Origin: Geosiphon pyriformis uo1
Lineage: Eukaryota; Fungi; Glomeromycota
NCBI GenBank assembly: GCA_016748015.1
Contig: JAAOMT010000299.1
Span: 533,090-597,089, forward strand
Length of the DNA: 64,000 nucleotides
Reading direction: 5' to 3'
This document shows, in pieces, positions 62,250 through 64,000 of the stretch (the stretch's first letter is position 1; each line of letters starts with the position of its first letter). The notes under the pieces were generated by a model. The model saw only the letters and a list, made by a program, of their open reading frames with translations, was not told the origin of the DNA and ran no database searches. The position numbers and the translations under genes were made by a program.

Positions 62250-64000
62250 ACTTTTTTCTCTCGTTCATTCCAAATTTCCAAAAAAGAGCCAAAATAATTT
62301 TTTGAGAGAAGTTTTTTCTGTTTTTCATCATTCAGTACACTAATTCCAAACCATTTGTGCTTGATTATGAGGCCATCATTGGCTTTAGTATTGCAGTTTT
62401 AAACAGGTCTATTATGGAGCCTAGCTTTAATATTGGTGTCAAGTTTGCTGAGTCCAGAAAGAAGAGAAAAGATAGTGCTTTGGAAGATAATATTGGTAAT
62501 AAAAAATTTGCTGCTGCTAAGGTATTAAGTGGTCGTTCTTGGAATTCTGAAGCCAGTGATACTACTGAATCTGATAGTGTGAATATGGAGGAGAAATGTT
62601 TAATTGAGGGAACCAGCTTTGATCATGAAGATGGTAGAGTCTTTGCTGGAGAAGACTCAGAGCAAACACCTAAAAGTTTGAAGATTCTCACAAAAAGGAC
62701 ACTTAGGAAACTACTAAGAAAAATTAATTTCTTGGGTGATGTTATTGATAATGTACTTTTAAATGAACCTATGGTTCTTCCTCCCCTTTTGAAGACTCTG
62801 GTCAATGTTTCTGTTAAGAAGTCTTTTACTTTGGACATCAGCTTGAATAATATTACTGGGAAATCTGCTCAGGAAAAGCTTGTGGTTGTCAGAAAATTGT
62901 TTTCAAAAATCAATGGTTTTGGGGGAGCCTCTACCCCCTCAAAATTTGCTGGAATTGTCAGAGTAACATTCACTTCCAAATTGAGTTTGGCACTGGCATC
63001 TAAAAAGGCTGAAGAGGTGAAGATCTTGGTAAACTCCAATCTCAAAAAATCATCTGAGCATTCAGATCGGGCTGTGAGGCTGTATGTGCTGTGCTATCCG
63101 AGTTTGGCATTATTAAGTTGATCAAGATACAATTAGTGGGGCTATGACAAAAAGCTGTGGTTGAATTTGAGCAGATTAAGCATGCTAATTTGGTCACAGC
63201 ACACTGGTCTATCCTGATTGAGAAGAATGCTGTGCATATTGCTAGATCTGATGTGAACAAAGAATCATGGGATGTGTGAGATGTTTACAAGACCTTTTTG
63301 TATACTTTTCCAATGGGAACCAATACACATGATATTTGAGATTATGTTGCTTCAGTGGGTGGGAAAACTTGTATAATTGACTGTCACCCAGTTTCTTATG
63401 TCTGGGCCAGGTGCACTACTGTTTGTTTTGATTCTGCTGAATCATTGAATACTGTCATGGAAATCACACCTGTACTAAAGGGGGCCAATCTGTGCTGGTC
63501 TTGTCTTGTTTCAGCCAAGTGTGCTAGGTGTGGAAAATTGGGCCATACATCATTAGTTTGTTCTGTTAGTGGGAAAAAGAATGTTCTTTCTGGTGTTTTT
63601 TTACATAAAACCCTTTCAAACTTAGATAAAAGTAGACTGGCTGCCATTTACGTCAAGCATTTGGCTCCAGTTGCTTGTCCTGTTTCTTTTGGTGGCATCT
63701 TATGGGCACAAATTGCTGGTGGGTCTTCTTTCCTCCCTCCTTCTGTCCAAAATGTTTTGTTGAAAGCTGGCTTCTCTCCGGAGATGAAATCTACTCTGCT
63801 AGTGTCTTTGGAGTTGGATAATAGGTTTGCTGCTCTTGAGCACAGTCTTGTCAGCCTTGCAGAGCATGTTGACATGCTGGCTAAGAAGTTGGAAACACCT
63901 GAGCCAATGGTTTCTCAGCTTAGTCCTGGACGTCAGCCGTTGGTGACTTCTTTATCACAGAATCAAAGGGCAGATATAGTAATAAGTGAGAGTTCAGGTG
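62250..64000 (+). mobile_element. LINE copy 3, 5' UTR and ORF1 (runs off the window)
   Basis: ORF1 from about ATG 62414, homologous to 17.6-19.4 kb, with a CCHC knuckle CARCGKLGHTSLVC near 63520. Confidence 0.8.

Overview
Eukaryotic (fungal) DNA with many short introns. Gene and transposon style suggests an early-diverging fungus (Mucoromycota/Glomeromycotina; inference). Bases 464-16137 form a compact island of six housekeeping genes: MDM10, an MDP-1-type HAD phosphatase, SEC27/beta'-COP, mitochondrial MetRS, CSN3 and a FIT/SCS3 protein. The island also holds a 1.9 kb duplication around an N-gap that is probably an assembly artefact. From about 16.4 kb to the end the window is a transposon graveyard whose structure can be resolved from termini and target-site duplications (TSDs). 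A degenerate LINE is split by gypsy element A1 (22119-59003, +). A1's 5' LTR holds A2 (22625-50419, -), A2's 3' LTR holds B (22633-42681, +), and B's 5' LTR holds C (23330-33183, -). A solo LTR sits in A1's integrase, and two more LINE copies follow. All LTRs end TGTTA...TAACA (some decayed) with 4-bp TSDs. The three gypsy families share an unusual architecture: (i) integrase in a separate ORF with its own ATG and Ginger1/GIN-like features; (ii) a homologous non-env accessory ORF of about 220-245 codons reaching the PPT/3' LTR; (iii) a family-specific phased tandem array in the LTR (12, 10 or 20 bp period). B and C also carry a Cys-rich domain plus dUTPase between protease and RT. Family A uses a UUUAAAC -1 frameshift. 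All TE copies are pseudogenised by C>T/G>A transitions.
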